Source: Clostridiales bacterium (GTDB taxonomy: Bacteria > Bacillota > Clostridia > Saccharofermentanales > Saccharofermentanaceae). From it: DNA of 64,000 nt. Below the pieces are notes generated by a model. That model saw only the letters and a program-made list of their open reading frames with translations. It was not told the origin of the DNA and did no database searches. Shown one piece after another: positions 1 through 9,088 of the stretch. A program made the position numbers and the translations under genes. Position 1 is the first letter of the stretch. The number at the start of each line of letters is the position of its first letter. Where the stretch lies: NCBI GenBank assembly GCA_017513085.1, contig JAFWDK010000019.1:160001-224000 (forward strand), read 5' to 3'.

Positions 1-285
1 GATCGCGCATGTCTTATAGTCAAATCCCAGATCGCTGCCGTCATATCCGATTTCTTTTACTGTATCACGGACGATCGACGGAATATCGACATAGGATGTA
101 GTGGAGATCTCACCCATGACAAATACCATACCTGTCGTACAGGTCGTCTCACAAGCCACGCGTGCCATCGGATCATCCGCGATGATCGCATCAAGCACTG
201 CATCCGAGATCTGATCGCAGATCTTATCCGGATGTCCTTCTGTCACCGACTCAGATGTAAATAACCATTTTCCTGTTCTGTTCAT
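1..285 (-). CDS. metK: S-adenosylmethionine synthetase, N-terminal part (runs off the window edge)
   Basis: Manual translation from ATG at 285: [34 protein letters not shown]...RVACET; GGAGG RBS at 291-295; not in the ORF track because it is truncated. Confidence 0.97.
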   Translation of the reverse strand, partial: MNRTGKWLFTSESVTEGHPDKICDQISDAVLDAIIADDPMARVACETTCTTGMVFVMGEISTTSYVDIPSIVRDTVKEIGYDGSDLGFDYKTCAI

Positions 286-310
286 AAAAACCTCCTGATT
301 CTATAGAAAC

Positions 311-343
311 AAAAAACCTCTCCTGATAAATCAGAGGAAAGGC
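311..343 (-). terminator. Intrinsic terminator, expression platform of the SAM riboswitch
   Basis: Minus strand reads GCCTTTCCTCTGATTTATCAGGAGAGG then TTTTTT, located between the aptamer and the metK RBS. Confidence 0.8.
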
Positions 344-366
344 TTACACATGTCATATAATCAAAT

Positions 367-464
367 CCTCATCTTTCAGGCTATACCTGCTGGACTTGGC
401 ACCGCTGCTCGCCGCGGTTGCCGGACTTCATAGGGCCAGATCCCTCCGTCACTCTTGATAAGAG
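367..464 (-). ncRNA. SAM-I (S-box) riboswitch
   Basis: Minus strand CTCTTATCAAGAG..GGAGGGATCTGGCCCTATGAAGTCCGGCAACC..GGTGCCAAGTCCAGCAG..CTGAAAGATGAGG matches the SAM-I consensus; upstream of metK. Confidence 0.95.
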
Positions 465-493
465 ATGAATTTCATTTCAAATTTTTCGCTCTG

Positions 494-522
494 ATGATAC
501 CACTCATCAGGATGTATTGCAA
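494..522 (-). promoter_or_regulatory. SigA promoter of the riboswitch-metK transcript
   Basis: TTGCAA-17 bp-TATCAT with an extended TG on the minus strand. Confidence 0.7.
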
Positions 523-586
523 CATAAAAATTTTTGTATCGCAGTTTCAGGGAGTTCCGGATAAAAAGTAGTAATCTTCGTTCTTT

Positions 587-603
587 TGTCGAGATTTGTC
601 GAA
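587..603 (+). promoter_or_regulatory. Tandem Spo0A-box-like sites upstream of the Tad locus
   Basis: TGTCGAG (587-593) and TGTCGAA (597-603) at 10-bp periodicity; 0A consensus is TGNCGAA. Confidence 0.4.
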
Positions 604-663
604 ATCATTTTTGTTCGTTCGTGCTTAAATAGACCCACATCGATTTTGGAGGTGACTTCACAC

Positions 664-1608
664 ATGGGCATAACGAAAACCATTTGCATCCTTGACTCTG
701 ATCCTTGTTTTTCTTCGTTACTTATTTCCAGGATCAAGCGTCAACTACCTCAGCATCTGGCCTTTCGCCTGAATAAAGACATTCTTCTGTCCAGATCAGA
801 TCTGCTTCTGGACAACGACTATATTCTTTATAACCAGCATGAGATCAGCGAAAAGGAATTGCTTTCACACTGCAATCCGGCCAAATCCCCTCACTTGATC
901 CCTCTCCTGGCCGAGGAAAAACCATATCCTCCTAAAGATGTTCTCATGCTGGTTCACGAAATCGAATCCCGGCTTGGGCTGGGTATGATCCCCCTTCCGT
1001 TGGAAAGCAATATCCAAACAGCATTAGTGCTTTCCTTCGTTCCCCCGGAAGAACGGGAGATCCATGTTCAAAAACAGATCTCCCGTTCTCTTTCCGATTT
1101 CGCCCACGTAGTACGCCTGGACATCATGCCGGGTATCATTATGCCCTGTGATCCGGAATATCCGGATGCACCTGTTTACCAGCAGGTATCCGGTATCTCT
1201 TCACTTTTGGAACGTCTGTCCAAACGAGGTTTCTCATATAAGGATATACCTATGTTTCTGGAACCGGATCCATACGGCGATCTCCGTTTCGGAAAACCTG
1301 TGCATTCAGATGACGTGATTTCTGCACACACGCGCACACTTCATCTTCTGATCCGTAAGACCGTGGAGTATCTTCGTACATTGGAAGATTCCTCTCTTCT
1401 GATCGCAGTTGCAGACGGCATCAGTTTCAGGCGCATGCAGTCACTCAGTAAAAGTCTTTCACATCTGGAGATTCTGACTCCACTTCACATCGAGAAAGAC
1501 TATATGCTGTGCAACGAAATCGACACGATCGTCAAGCAGCACACCGGAACATCACACATTGATTTTCCCTATCGTATCCAGCTGAAAAAAGAAAGGATAG
1601 CAGTATGA
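664..1608 (+). CDS. Hypothetical protein in the TadZ/CpaE position
   Basis: ATG at 664 after GGAGGTGA RBS; overlaps the start of the pilus ATPase; no Walker A seen. Confidence 0.6.
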   Translation: MGITKTICILDSDPCFSSLLISRIKRQLPQHLAFRLNKDILLSRSDLLLDNDYILYNQHEISEKELLSHCNPAKSPHLIPLLAEEKPYPPKDVLMLVHEIESRLGLGMIPLPLESNIQTALVLSFVPPEEREIHVQKQISRSLSDFAHVVRLDIMPGIIMPCDPEYPDAPVYQQVSGISSLLERLSKRGFSYKDIPMFLEPDPYGDLRFGKPVHSDDVISAHTRTLHLLIRKTVEYLRTLEDSSLLIAVADGISFRRMQSLSKSLSHLEILTPLHIEKDYMLCNEIDTIVKQHTGTSHIDFPYRIQLKKERIAV

Positions 1609-2813
1609 AAACAGAAGAAAAAACTGTCGTGGACATGAGTGAACTGACCACCATGATCCTTCAGGCGATGCATCAGTATGAAGAAGTAGATGACATGACG
1701 TTTAAAGAGATCATTGCCGATATCATCAATCAATCTTCCAAGTATGGAAAGATGCCCCTTGAAGAAAAACGGCAACTGGCTGTCCGTCTGTTTAACAGAA
1801 TGCGCAGGCTGGACATTCTCCAACCTCTCATGGATGACGAGAGCGTAACAGAAATCATGGTGAACGGACCATCTCACATCTTCTATGAGAAGGGAGGTCG
1901 TCTGTTTCCATCCGATCTTAAGTTTGATGACAGCTCGACGTTAGAGCAGTTGATCATGCATTTCTTCTCTACCGCCAATCGTCCACTGAACGAAGCTTTT
2001 CCTATTGCAGATCTACGTCTTCCTGATGGTTCGCGTGCCAACGCCGTTCTCTCTCCTGTTGCACCGGACGGTCCGATCTTTACCATCAGAAAATTCACCG
2101 GTATTCATCAGGATATTCAGACTTTGGTCCGTAGTGGGTTTTTAAGCAAAGATGCAGCTCTTTATCTATCGCATGCCGTCATATCTAAGAAAACGATTTT
2201 TTTGTGTGGTGGTACGGGCTCCGGCAAGACAACATTTCTAAATGTTTTGTCTTCGTTTATTCCGAAAAACGAGAGAGTCGTAACGATCGAAGACTCCGCA
2301 GAACTATCCCTTCAGGGCATCTCCAATCTGGTACGTCTGGAGTCGAGATTACCAGGACCGGATGGCCACGGAAATATAGACATTGGTCTCCTGATACGGA
2401 CGGCCTTACGTATGCGACCGGACCGGATCGTTGTCGGAGAAGTTAGAGGCAGTGAAGCTGCTGATATGCTTCATGCATTGCATACCGGACACCCGGGTTC
2501 ACTTTGTACCGGTCACGCCAACTCATGTTTTGAAATGCTAGAACGATTAGTAACTATGGTCATGGCCGGATCCACTCTGCCATATGATGCCGTGATCCGA
2601 CAAATTGCCATGGGTGTGGATATTCTTATTCACATTACCAGAGGACGGAATGGTCAGCGTTATATTGACGAAATCGTAGAAGTCTGCCCTATCGTCGACA
2701 ATCATTTCCAAACTAAAACTATTTTCAAATACAAGGAGGGACATGGTCTTGAAAAGCTTTACGTTCAAACACCTGCATCCGAAGCTGTCAAATCTGATGA
2801 GCAAAGAAGATGA
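1605..2813 (+). CDS. cpaF: Flp/Tad pilus assembly ATPase (CpaF/TadA)
   Basis: EIMVNG, TIRKF, Walker A GGTGSGKTT, TIEDSAEL, LRMRPDRIVVGEVRG, HTGHPGSLCTGHAN. Confidence 0.93.
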   Translation: MKTEEKTVVDMSELTTMILQAMHQYEEVDDMTFKEIIADIINQSSKYGKMPLEEKRQLAVRLFNRMRRLDILQPLMDDESVTEIMVNGPSHIFYEKGGRLFPSDLKFDDSSTLEQLIMHFFSTANRPLNEAFPIADLRLPDGSRANAVLSPVAPDGPIFTIRKFTGIHQDIQTLVRSGFLSKDAALYLSHAVISKKTIFLCGGTGSGKTTFLNVLSSFIPKNERVVTIEDSAELSLQGISNLVRLESRLPGPDGHGNIDIGLLIRTALRMRPDRIVVGEVRGSEAADMLHALHTGHPGSLCTGHANSCFEMLERLVTMVMAGSTLPYDAVIRQIAMGVDILIHITRGRNGQRYIDEIVEVCPIVDNHFQTKTIFKYKEGHGLEKLYVQTPASEAVKSDEQRR

Positions 2814-4335
2814 AACCGAAATACGAAAACTCAGCCGTAAGACATACCTTGCTTTTATGAGCAAATGTCTACCGATTTATCCGCTTTGCGCCTTTTTGGT
2901 TTTTCTCTTATCAAGTGCTTTTCTGCCACAAGCAAAACTTCGTCTCCTTCTGTCGATTCCACTCGGTATTTTTCCGTTTGTTTCATGTGTACGTGTACTG
3001 TATGGCAAACGAACATCAACATTGCGTGCGCAGAATAAAGTTCTGATGCAATCCCTTTGCACATCCGTCTCAGACGGATACTCGATCGAGCGGGCATTTC
3101 TTTGTGCACGTGTCGATATTGAGAAAGCATTTGGCAAGAGAGCGGCCTTTGCGCATGCGTTGAAAGACATGGAGCATCAAATCAATGCACACGAACCTTT
3201 GGACCGGTGTGTGACCCGCTTCTGCCATAAACTCGATTACTATGAAACACTTCCAGTTCTTCATGCACTCTCATTACAAAAAACCGTCGGGAATCAGATC
3301 ATATCCATACTTCGCAGCAGCTGTCAGATGCTGTCGGAGCTTCATGCAGTCGCATCAGAAGTCGAAGCAAATAATTCAGGCAAAAATACCGAAGCATTGC
3401 TTCTGTCTATGATGCCTTTCGGTATCACTTACATGCTTTCCGTAACCAGTGCTGACTATCTTTCGCAGTCACAGAACACAGGCATAGGAAAATTATTGAT
3501 GATCGCCTCTTTTGTAATAGCTGTTTTTTCCTGTACCTACCTGTTTTCCTTGATTGGTGAACGTCCATCCAAAAACTATTTTTCTTTCTCGAAAACAAAG
3601 AAGCAAGTTCCGCGATTTATTAGGAAATGTACCACTTTTCTGATCCGGAATCTTCCTTCCATGTATACCACGAGGATCTATGAATGGTGCACAGAGATCT
3701 CTTTTTCAACTCATGATGCATTCGAAGCTTTTTTGAATAAGGTCTTGTCGACCATTCTCCTTTGTACACCACTGTTTACACTCATGTGTATTCTTCTTTC
3801 CTTACCCTTGTTTCTGGTTCCGATATCGCTGATCGTAATACTGATCTTATTGCACGTGGACCAGCAGTCGCAAGTCAACAAAAGACGATTGATACTTATG
3901 GAAGATCTTCCACTTTTTATCTCCATGCTCTCCACTCTTTTAGATTCCGGAATTCTTCTTCCTAAAGCTCTACAAACATGCGGATATGCATTCGCCAACC
4001 AAAGCTGTCTGAGCCAGGAATTACAGAACATCGTCATGTCTGTAGAAGGCGGTGTCAGCGCTGCAGATGCGTTAGAAAAATTTTCTCACAGGATCAGTAT
4101 CCCCGAAGCGCAATCAGCTTTACTGCTTGCCGCTCGGTATGAGCGTTCAGGAGGTTCGGAAGTTCTCGGATTGCTTCGCCTGCAAGCCTCCTCATGTTGG
4201 GCACTTTGTCGGAATGCTTCGCGAAAGAAGCGCGAACGTGAAGCATTCACCATGATATTACCAATGATGCTTGATTTCGTATCTGTACTCCTGGTAGCCG
4301 TTGCTCCAGCACTGAACACGTTTCAAACGATATAG
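2743..4335 (+). CDS. Fused TadB-TadC (two T2SS-F-type platform domains)
   Basis: First half TadB-like (MQSLCTSVSDGYSIERAF), second half TadC-like (EDLPLFISMLSTLLDSGILLPKAL..ALEKFS..RSGGSE); AGGAGG RBS; follows cpaF. Confidence 0.75.
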   Translation: MVLKSFTFKHLHPKLSNLMSKEDETEIRKLSRKTYLAFMSKCLPIYPLCAFLVFLLSSAFLPQAKLRLLLSIPLGIFPFVSCVRVLYGKRTSTLRAQNKVLMQSLCTSVSDGYSIERAFLCARVDIEKAFGKRAAFAHALKDMEHQINAHEPLDRCVTRFCHKLDYYETLPVLHALSLQKTVGNQIISILRSSCQMLSELHAVASEVEANNSGKNTEALLLSMMPFGITYMLSVTSADYLSQSQNTGIGKLLMIASFVIAVFSCTYLFSLIGERPSKNYFSFSKTKKQVPRFIRKCTTFLIRNLPSMYTTRIYEWCTEISFSTHDAFEAFLNKVLSTILLCTPLFTLMCILLSLPLFLVPISLIVILILLHVDQQSQVNKRRLILMEDLPLFISMLSTLLDSGILLPKALQTCGYAFANQSCLSQELQNIVMSVEGGVSAADALEKFSHRISIPEAQSALLLAARYERSGGSEVLGLLRLQASSCWALCRNASRKKREREAFTMILPMMLDFVSVLLVAVAPALNTFQTI

Positions 4336-4344
4336 GAGGTACCA

Positions 4345-4527
4345 ATGAAGAAACTGAACAAACATTCATTCATTAATGCAAAAAAAGGTATGGGAACAGT
4401 AGAAGTCGTAATCATTATCGCTATCTTGGTTGCTCTGGCACTGACTTTCAGGAGTGCGCTGACCAAGTATGCAAGCGCCGTTATGGGGCATGTCTTTGAC
4501 GAGGAAAAAGTAATCGGCCAGATCTGA
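4345..4527 (+). CDS. Flp1-like type IVb pilin
   Basis: 60 aa with class III signal KKG|MGTVEVVIIIAILVALAL (Glu at +5); AGGAGG RBS. Confidence 0.85.
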   Translation: MKKLNKHSFINAKKGMGTVEVVIIIAILVALALTFRSALTKYASAVMGHVFDEEKVIGQI

Positions 4528-4567
4528 TCGATAAAAAGATCAGATCTAATCTTTGAAGGAGCAGCAA

Positions 4568-5782
4568 ATGAGTACAGAGAATAATCACTATGAAAAAGGT
4601 CCATTTGGACAACATTATATTATCCATCTGCAAAGCAATGATGAGATCTGTCTGCACGCGCTTTCCATTTTGCAGGCAGACCTCGTCTCCTGCTACCTTC
4701 CCGTATATAAAAACTTCGATGAACAATCCTTATCCGTGAATATCAACGGATGTATTCCGCTCAGAGAACTCAAAGGGAAAGATAAAGCATACGTATATCG
4801 TCATTACCGATCTCTTCTGACGTCGTTTTTCAGTGAGATCGTCCGTTCTTTGAAGTATGCTCTCCCATTAAGCGGAATATGTTGTCTGGAAGAGCACCTG
4901 TATTTCAATCAATTCAGCCAGAGGTTTATGTGTATCTATTTGCCCGTAAAATCCAAGCTGCAAAATCAGAAACCTCTTCTTTCTGCTTTTGATGAGAACG
5001 CCCTGGAAGAATTATTGCGTGTTCCATACGATAAAAAATGGATCACTCCACGAGCCACGGAAGAATTATATCGTCTATTCCGTTCGGATGACGAATGTAC
5101 AGTCTCAGCATTTCTCCAGAAAAGATTCTGGGACTACTGCCGAAAAATACCTGATACACTAATGAAACTCCTTACTCTATGGGGACTGATACTCTTCTCA
5201 TTTATTATATTCTCCGGAAGGATCGAACGTGTACTACATAATCCGATCCTGTCTACATTGCCAAATCTTCTCTTCCTAATCTCCACAGCCATAACAGTCT
5301 ATAGACTCATTCTTTTCAGTCGGCAAAATAACAAACTGAAAAATGCCATAACAGAGAGTAAACAGCAACGAAGAAAAACACGAAATGCACAGATGCTATT
5401 CCCGGCAGAAAACGAATTAGAGCGCGAAGCGAGTCCGGATTCCGATCTTCTACCGGACCCGATTCTTTTTCAAGAGATCACAGCTGCCGGTACTTCTGCA
5501 TATGCCATACATCAATTTACGATCTGGACGGAAGAATTCGTAGTAGGAGAAGATTCGGATTGCTGTGATTATTCGATCGGTCATCATCATCTTTCTCTGA
5601 AACATGCCATGTTCGTGAAAGATCCGACGGGTATCTATGTCCGGGATCTGGATTCCCAAAGCGGAACTTTTGTGAATCGTAGAAGGCTACTCAAAAACGA
5701 GAAAGTTTATCTGGAGGATGGTGATATTCTTGGGCTGGGAGACATGGAATTCCGTACATGCTATGTTCACGGGATCCTCTGA
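4568..5782 (+). CDS. DUF6382-like / two TM / C-terminal FHA domain protein
   Basis: C-terminal FHA signature (CDYSI..SLKHA..DLDSQSGTFVN..LEDGDILGLG); two central TM helices; typical terminal gene of clostridial Tad loci. Confidence 0.75.
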   Translation: MSTENNHYEKGPFGQHYIIHLQSNDEICLHALSILQADLVSCYLPVYKNFDEQSLSVNINGCIPLRELKGKDKAYVYRHYRSLLTSFFSEIVRSLKYALPLSGICCLEEHLYFNQFSQRFMCIYLPVKSKLQNQKPLLSAFDENALEELLRVPYDKKWITPRATEELYRLFRSDDECTVSAFLQKRFWDYCRKIPDTLMKLLTLWGLILFSFIIFSGRIERVLHNPILSTLPNLLFLISTAITVYRLILFSRQNNKLKNAITESKQQRRKTRNAQMLFPAENELEREASPDSDLLPDPILFQEITAAGTSAYAIHQFTIWTEEFVVGEDSDCCDYSIGHHHLSLKHAMFVKDPTGIYVRDLDSQSGTFVNRRRLLKNEKVYLEDGDILGLGDMEFRTCYVHGIL

Positions 5783-5827
5783 ACAGATCGTCTGATGAAG
5801 ACCAGATAAAAATCCTTGAACATAAAA

Positions 5828-5876
5828 GAGGTTGTCTCTTTTACGGTGTGGAAAAAGCCGTTAAGAGACAACCTCC
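5828..5876. terminator. Probable bidirectional terminator between convergent genes
   Basis: GAGGTTGTCTCTT..ACGG / CCGT..AAGAGACAACCTC inverted repeat. Confidence 0.7.
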
Positions 5877-5909
5877 CTATTATGGAGACGGAATCCTTTT
5901 ATCTATCAA

Positions 5910-8900
5910 CTAATCTGCTGTCACGATCGTTGGTGTCTCCTTATAGTTGATCTTCAATCCATACTTCTTGAAATAGTACTCGCTGTGGTTATCATTTGAA
6001 GGTCTTTGTGCTATTACTCCAGTAGATTCATATTTTGCTGTTTTTGCCTTAATGATCGTAAGTCCCGACAGATTAAAATTCTTCGTGCATCGAAGCGGGA
6101 ATTTATACATGCTCGGATCATTAAAGTACTTATCATCAATCGGGATGTACTTTTCATTAGCATCCTTTCTTTTCGGCATAACGGGAGAATATAATGGAAC
6201 ATTGTCCCGTAAGAATACACCATCTTTATCCTTTTGGGCATCGATCGTCAGATTTGAAATATTTATATTTTCCGGAAGCATACTATAGTATGTCATACCA
6301 TCCTCCTTGATCGTGTCATACATATACTGGTAGAGAGGATCATAGCTGGCGTAAATCAATACAGCAGAATAGTACGTTCCAATATCCCATTTCGTATTGG
6401 TGATCGTTATATCTCCGAACCATGCACTTCCAAAATCATTACGGAGTTTCACCAGATACTCTTTGGAGCGGATAAATGAATTATCGATACGCAATTCTCC
6501 GAATCCGACAGCCGCGACGCCCCATGCACCAATTGTTGAATCCTTAACAGTCATGTTATACGTTCCTTGATGCGCATCGATCCTGCTGATGGAACTATGA
6601 TTCTGAACTGTGAGTTCCTTGCAATAATTCGTTCCCGTCGTACCCCATCGGGATTTATCCATGATACCCGTTTCATCAGCAGGTCCCGTCAAATCGTCCT
6701 CAGTCGGCGCGCAGTGGCAATTGTCGATGACCAGATCTACACAATACTCTGCATAGAAATCGTACGGAGCGGTAGAATTTGTATCGTCACCATTGTTATA
6801 TACACGAAGATGATTTGAGAAAACACAATTTTGCAGAGTAACATGTGCGCAGTGATTCAACCGGAAGAATCCCTGATACGGCGCACCGGTTCTCGGGTAG
6901 TAGATCACCGTCTTCTTCTCTCCGGAGACCGGATCGGCCTTCGGTGTAGTATATACAGCTTTTCCTCCTTCATTCAGTTGTCCGTCCTGGCCATATTCTC
7001 CTGCAAGATAATGCTCTACGCCCTTAAGGAGAACATTAGATCTTTGAATGTTGAGTCCACGCGTGACATATGTACGCGTATTCACAATATTCACATTCGT
7101 AATAAACTTTCCGCCTGTGATCTGAAGCAAGGTTTCATCGATTGGACATTTGTCTATGATATAGATTTTATCCCAATCCCACTGGAAAGGACTCATACTG
7201 TCAATACGGCTCTTGCCTGGGTGGTTTTTCGCATCCGTCGAATCGTATTTATTTACGATGACAACCTCCTGCTGTTCCTTGCCTATTGCATCAGACGACA
7301 CCGCTGAGCCGTTTCTCGACCATCTTCTCACAGACTGCGTCTTCAGATAATAAAGTGCTGTTTCCTGGAATTCTCCTTCGAGCAAAGTCGTATCTTTAGA
7401 GAATGTCTTATTTTTGAAGTCTCTCGCTGCTGTAGCACTGGTGCTGGCAGAAAGTCTTGGATCCAATCCGAGATAAACCCCTCCGCTTGGATTCAAATAT
7501 ACATGTTCAAGTGGTTTGCTCGGCTCGACAGTAAACAGATAGCAATGTCCATCATCCATGACAACGACATCCACTTCTATGTATGTATCGTCTTTCTGCT
7601 TCACTTTTTGCTTTTCATAATGCCAATTGATCTTTTTATCATCGATAAAGAATGTCGCTCCGGTCCAGTCCGTGTCCGTCTTGATCAAAGCTCCATTTGG
7701 ATTTTTCGGATCCATATGTCCAATGTAGTAGGTCGCACCCGGATCCGCCTTTACACGAAGATTGTTCTTATTCGCATATTCATGTGTTGCAACGATTGCA
7801 TCATAGTCATCCGTCACGCCATCGCCCTTCGCGCCGCACTCCCGGTATGTGACATATCCGTCTGTATGAATGGCAGTCGGAACCGGTGTTACCGTCACTT
7901 TATTCGTAGGAGTATTTGTCGGTTTCTTTGTCGGAGTCGGAGTATCGGTAGCTTTTTTCGTCGGAGTAGGCGTAGAACCGGATGCACTTCCACTAAAGAA
8001 AGCCTTCGATGAATTACTAAGCGCCAAAGAGTACCTCAGAAGTGCTTTTAATTCATTGGAAGCGCTGGCATACAGATCCTTCATGCAGCTTTCCACACTT
8101 GTTGTATAGGTTCCGCTGATTGAGCCGGAACCACTCTTTACCACAACAGTAAGTGGTGTCTTCAGATCAGCGGGAGCAATTCCGGTAATCGATGCAACAT
8201 AGTATTTCGAGCTGCTATCGTATCGAAAAGCACTTTGTGGAATCGTGATCTTTCTGTTCTGACCGTCTACGGATTTATACGTGACCTCTACCACAGTATT
8301 GGCCGCCGGGGTTCTCGTAAATTTCATGTACGCTTCCACGCGCGCATCGTAACTATTTCCCAAAGCAAAGAAGTCGATCGTACAAGACGCGCCGTTCAGT
8401 GCCCGTACCGAGTTACAGGATGAAAAAGAAGATGGAAGTGCCGAAGCATACCCTTTCTGAGTCGCAGTAAGCTTGGCGTTAGGAAGATTAGAAGTGTTCA
8501 CTCCAAAGAATGTCTGTGCCGCAGCACCATAGTTTAACAGATCCACACACAAAGTACGGATCTTCTTGTCCTTATCAGACGATCCATTCTGATGCGTCGT
8601 GATCAGATCCGTCAGGTACTGCTTCACGGAAAACTCGTCGACCTCACTGATGCATTTTGTTGATCCTTGGTCCGCATATACAGTCGCACGCAGAAGATTG
8701 TTCATCTCCACGGCACTCACTCCACTGAAACAGAAAATGTAGCTGTTGTCCTTGATCATATAATCTGTCAGATCAAAAGATTGCCAGGTAAACGATGTGG
8801 ATGCACCTGAAAAAACCTGCTTCTCAACATGCAACCGGACATTTGAAAAAGAATCGTTCGTATTCATCTTCACACTGTAATACACATCGACTTCACTGGT

Positions 8901-9056
8901 CAGCGAGCACGAATGTGTGATCGAAGCCGCCAGATGGTCTGCCGCATGAAGTGTTCGGACCGGATAATTGATAAAAGGTAAAAGCAGCATCACAAGGGTC
9001 AGTGCCACACATCTTGTCGTTCTTGAAAATCTTTTTCCCAAGGTTCTCTCCTCCAT
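5910..9056 (-). CDS. Secreted modular protein: uncharacterised N-terminal module, PT linker, right-handed beta-helix (pectin-lyase-like) domain
   Basis: Signal peptide; LCVDLLNYGAAAQ module; TPTPT linker; GAKGDGVTDD motif typical of beta-helix enzyme N-termini; start Met uncertain (9056 chosen). Confidence 0.7.
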   Translation of the reverse strand: MEERTLGKRFSRTTRCVALTLVMLLLPFINYPVRTLHAADHLAASITHSCSLTSEVDVYYSVKMNTNDSFSNVRLHVEKQVFSGASTSFTWQSFDLTDYMIKDNSYIFCFSGVSAVEMNNLLRATVYADQGSTKCISEVDEFSVKQYLTDLITTHQNGSSDKDKKIRTLCVDLLNYGAAAQTFFGVNTSNLPNAKLTATQKGYASALPSSFSSCNSVRALNGASCTIDFFALGNSYDARVEAYMKFTRTPAANTVVEVTYKSVDGQNRKITIPQSAFRYDSSSKYYVASITGIAPADLKTPLTVVVKSGSGSISGTYTTSVESCMKDLYASASNELKALLRYSLALSNSSKAFFSGSASGSTPTPTKKATDTPTPTKKPTNTPTNKVTVTPVPTAIHTDGYVTYRECGAKGDGVTDDYDAIVATHEYANKNNLRVKADPGATYYIGHMDPKNPNGALIKTDTDWTGATFFIDDKKINWHYEKQKVKQKDDTYIEVDVVVMDDGHCYLFTVEPSKPLEHVYLNPSGGVYLGLDPRLSASTSATAARDFKNKTFSKDTTLLEGEFQETALYYLKTQSVRRWSRNGSAVSSDAIGKEQQEVVIVNKYDSTDAKNHPGKSRIDSMSPFQWDWDKIYIIDKCPIDETLLQITGGKFITNVNIVNTRTYVTRGLNIQRSNVLLKGVEHYLAGEYGQDGQLNEGGKAVYTTPKADPVSGEKKTVIYYPRTGAPYQGFFRLNHCAHVTLQNCVFSNHLRVYNNGDDTNSTAPYDFYAEYCVDLVIDNCHCAPTEDDLTGPADETGIMDKSRWGTTGTNYCKELTVQNHSSISRIDAHQGTYNMTVKDSTIGAWGVAAVGFGELRIDNSFIRSKEYLVKLRNDFGSAWFGDITITNTKWDIGTYYSAVLIYASYDPLYQYMYDTIKEDGMTYYSMLPENINISNLTIDAQKDKDGVFLRDNVPLYSPVMPKRKDANEKYIPIDDKYFNDPSMYKFPLRCTKNFNLSGLTIIKAKTAKYESTGVIAQRPSNDNHSEYYFKKYGLKINYKETPTIVTAD

Positions 9057-9088
9057 ACTATTGTATTCTCTCTTCTTCTCTATACTCA

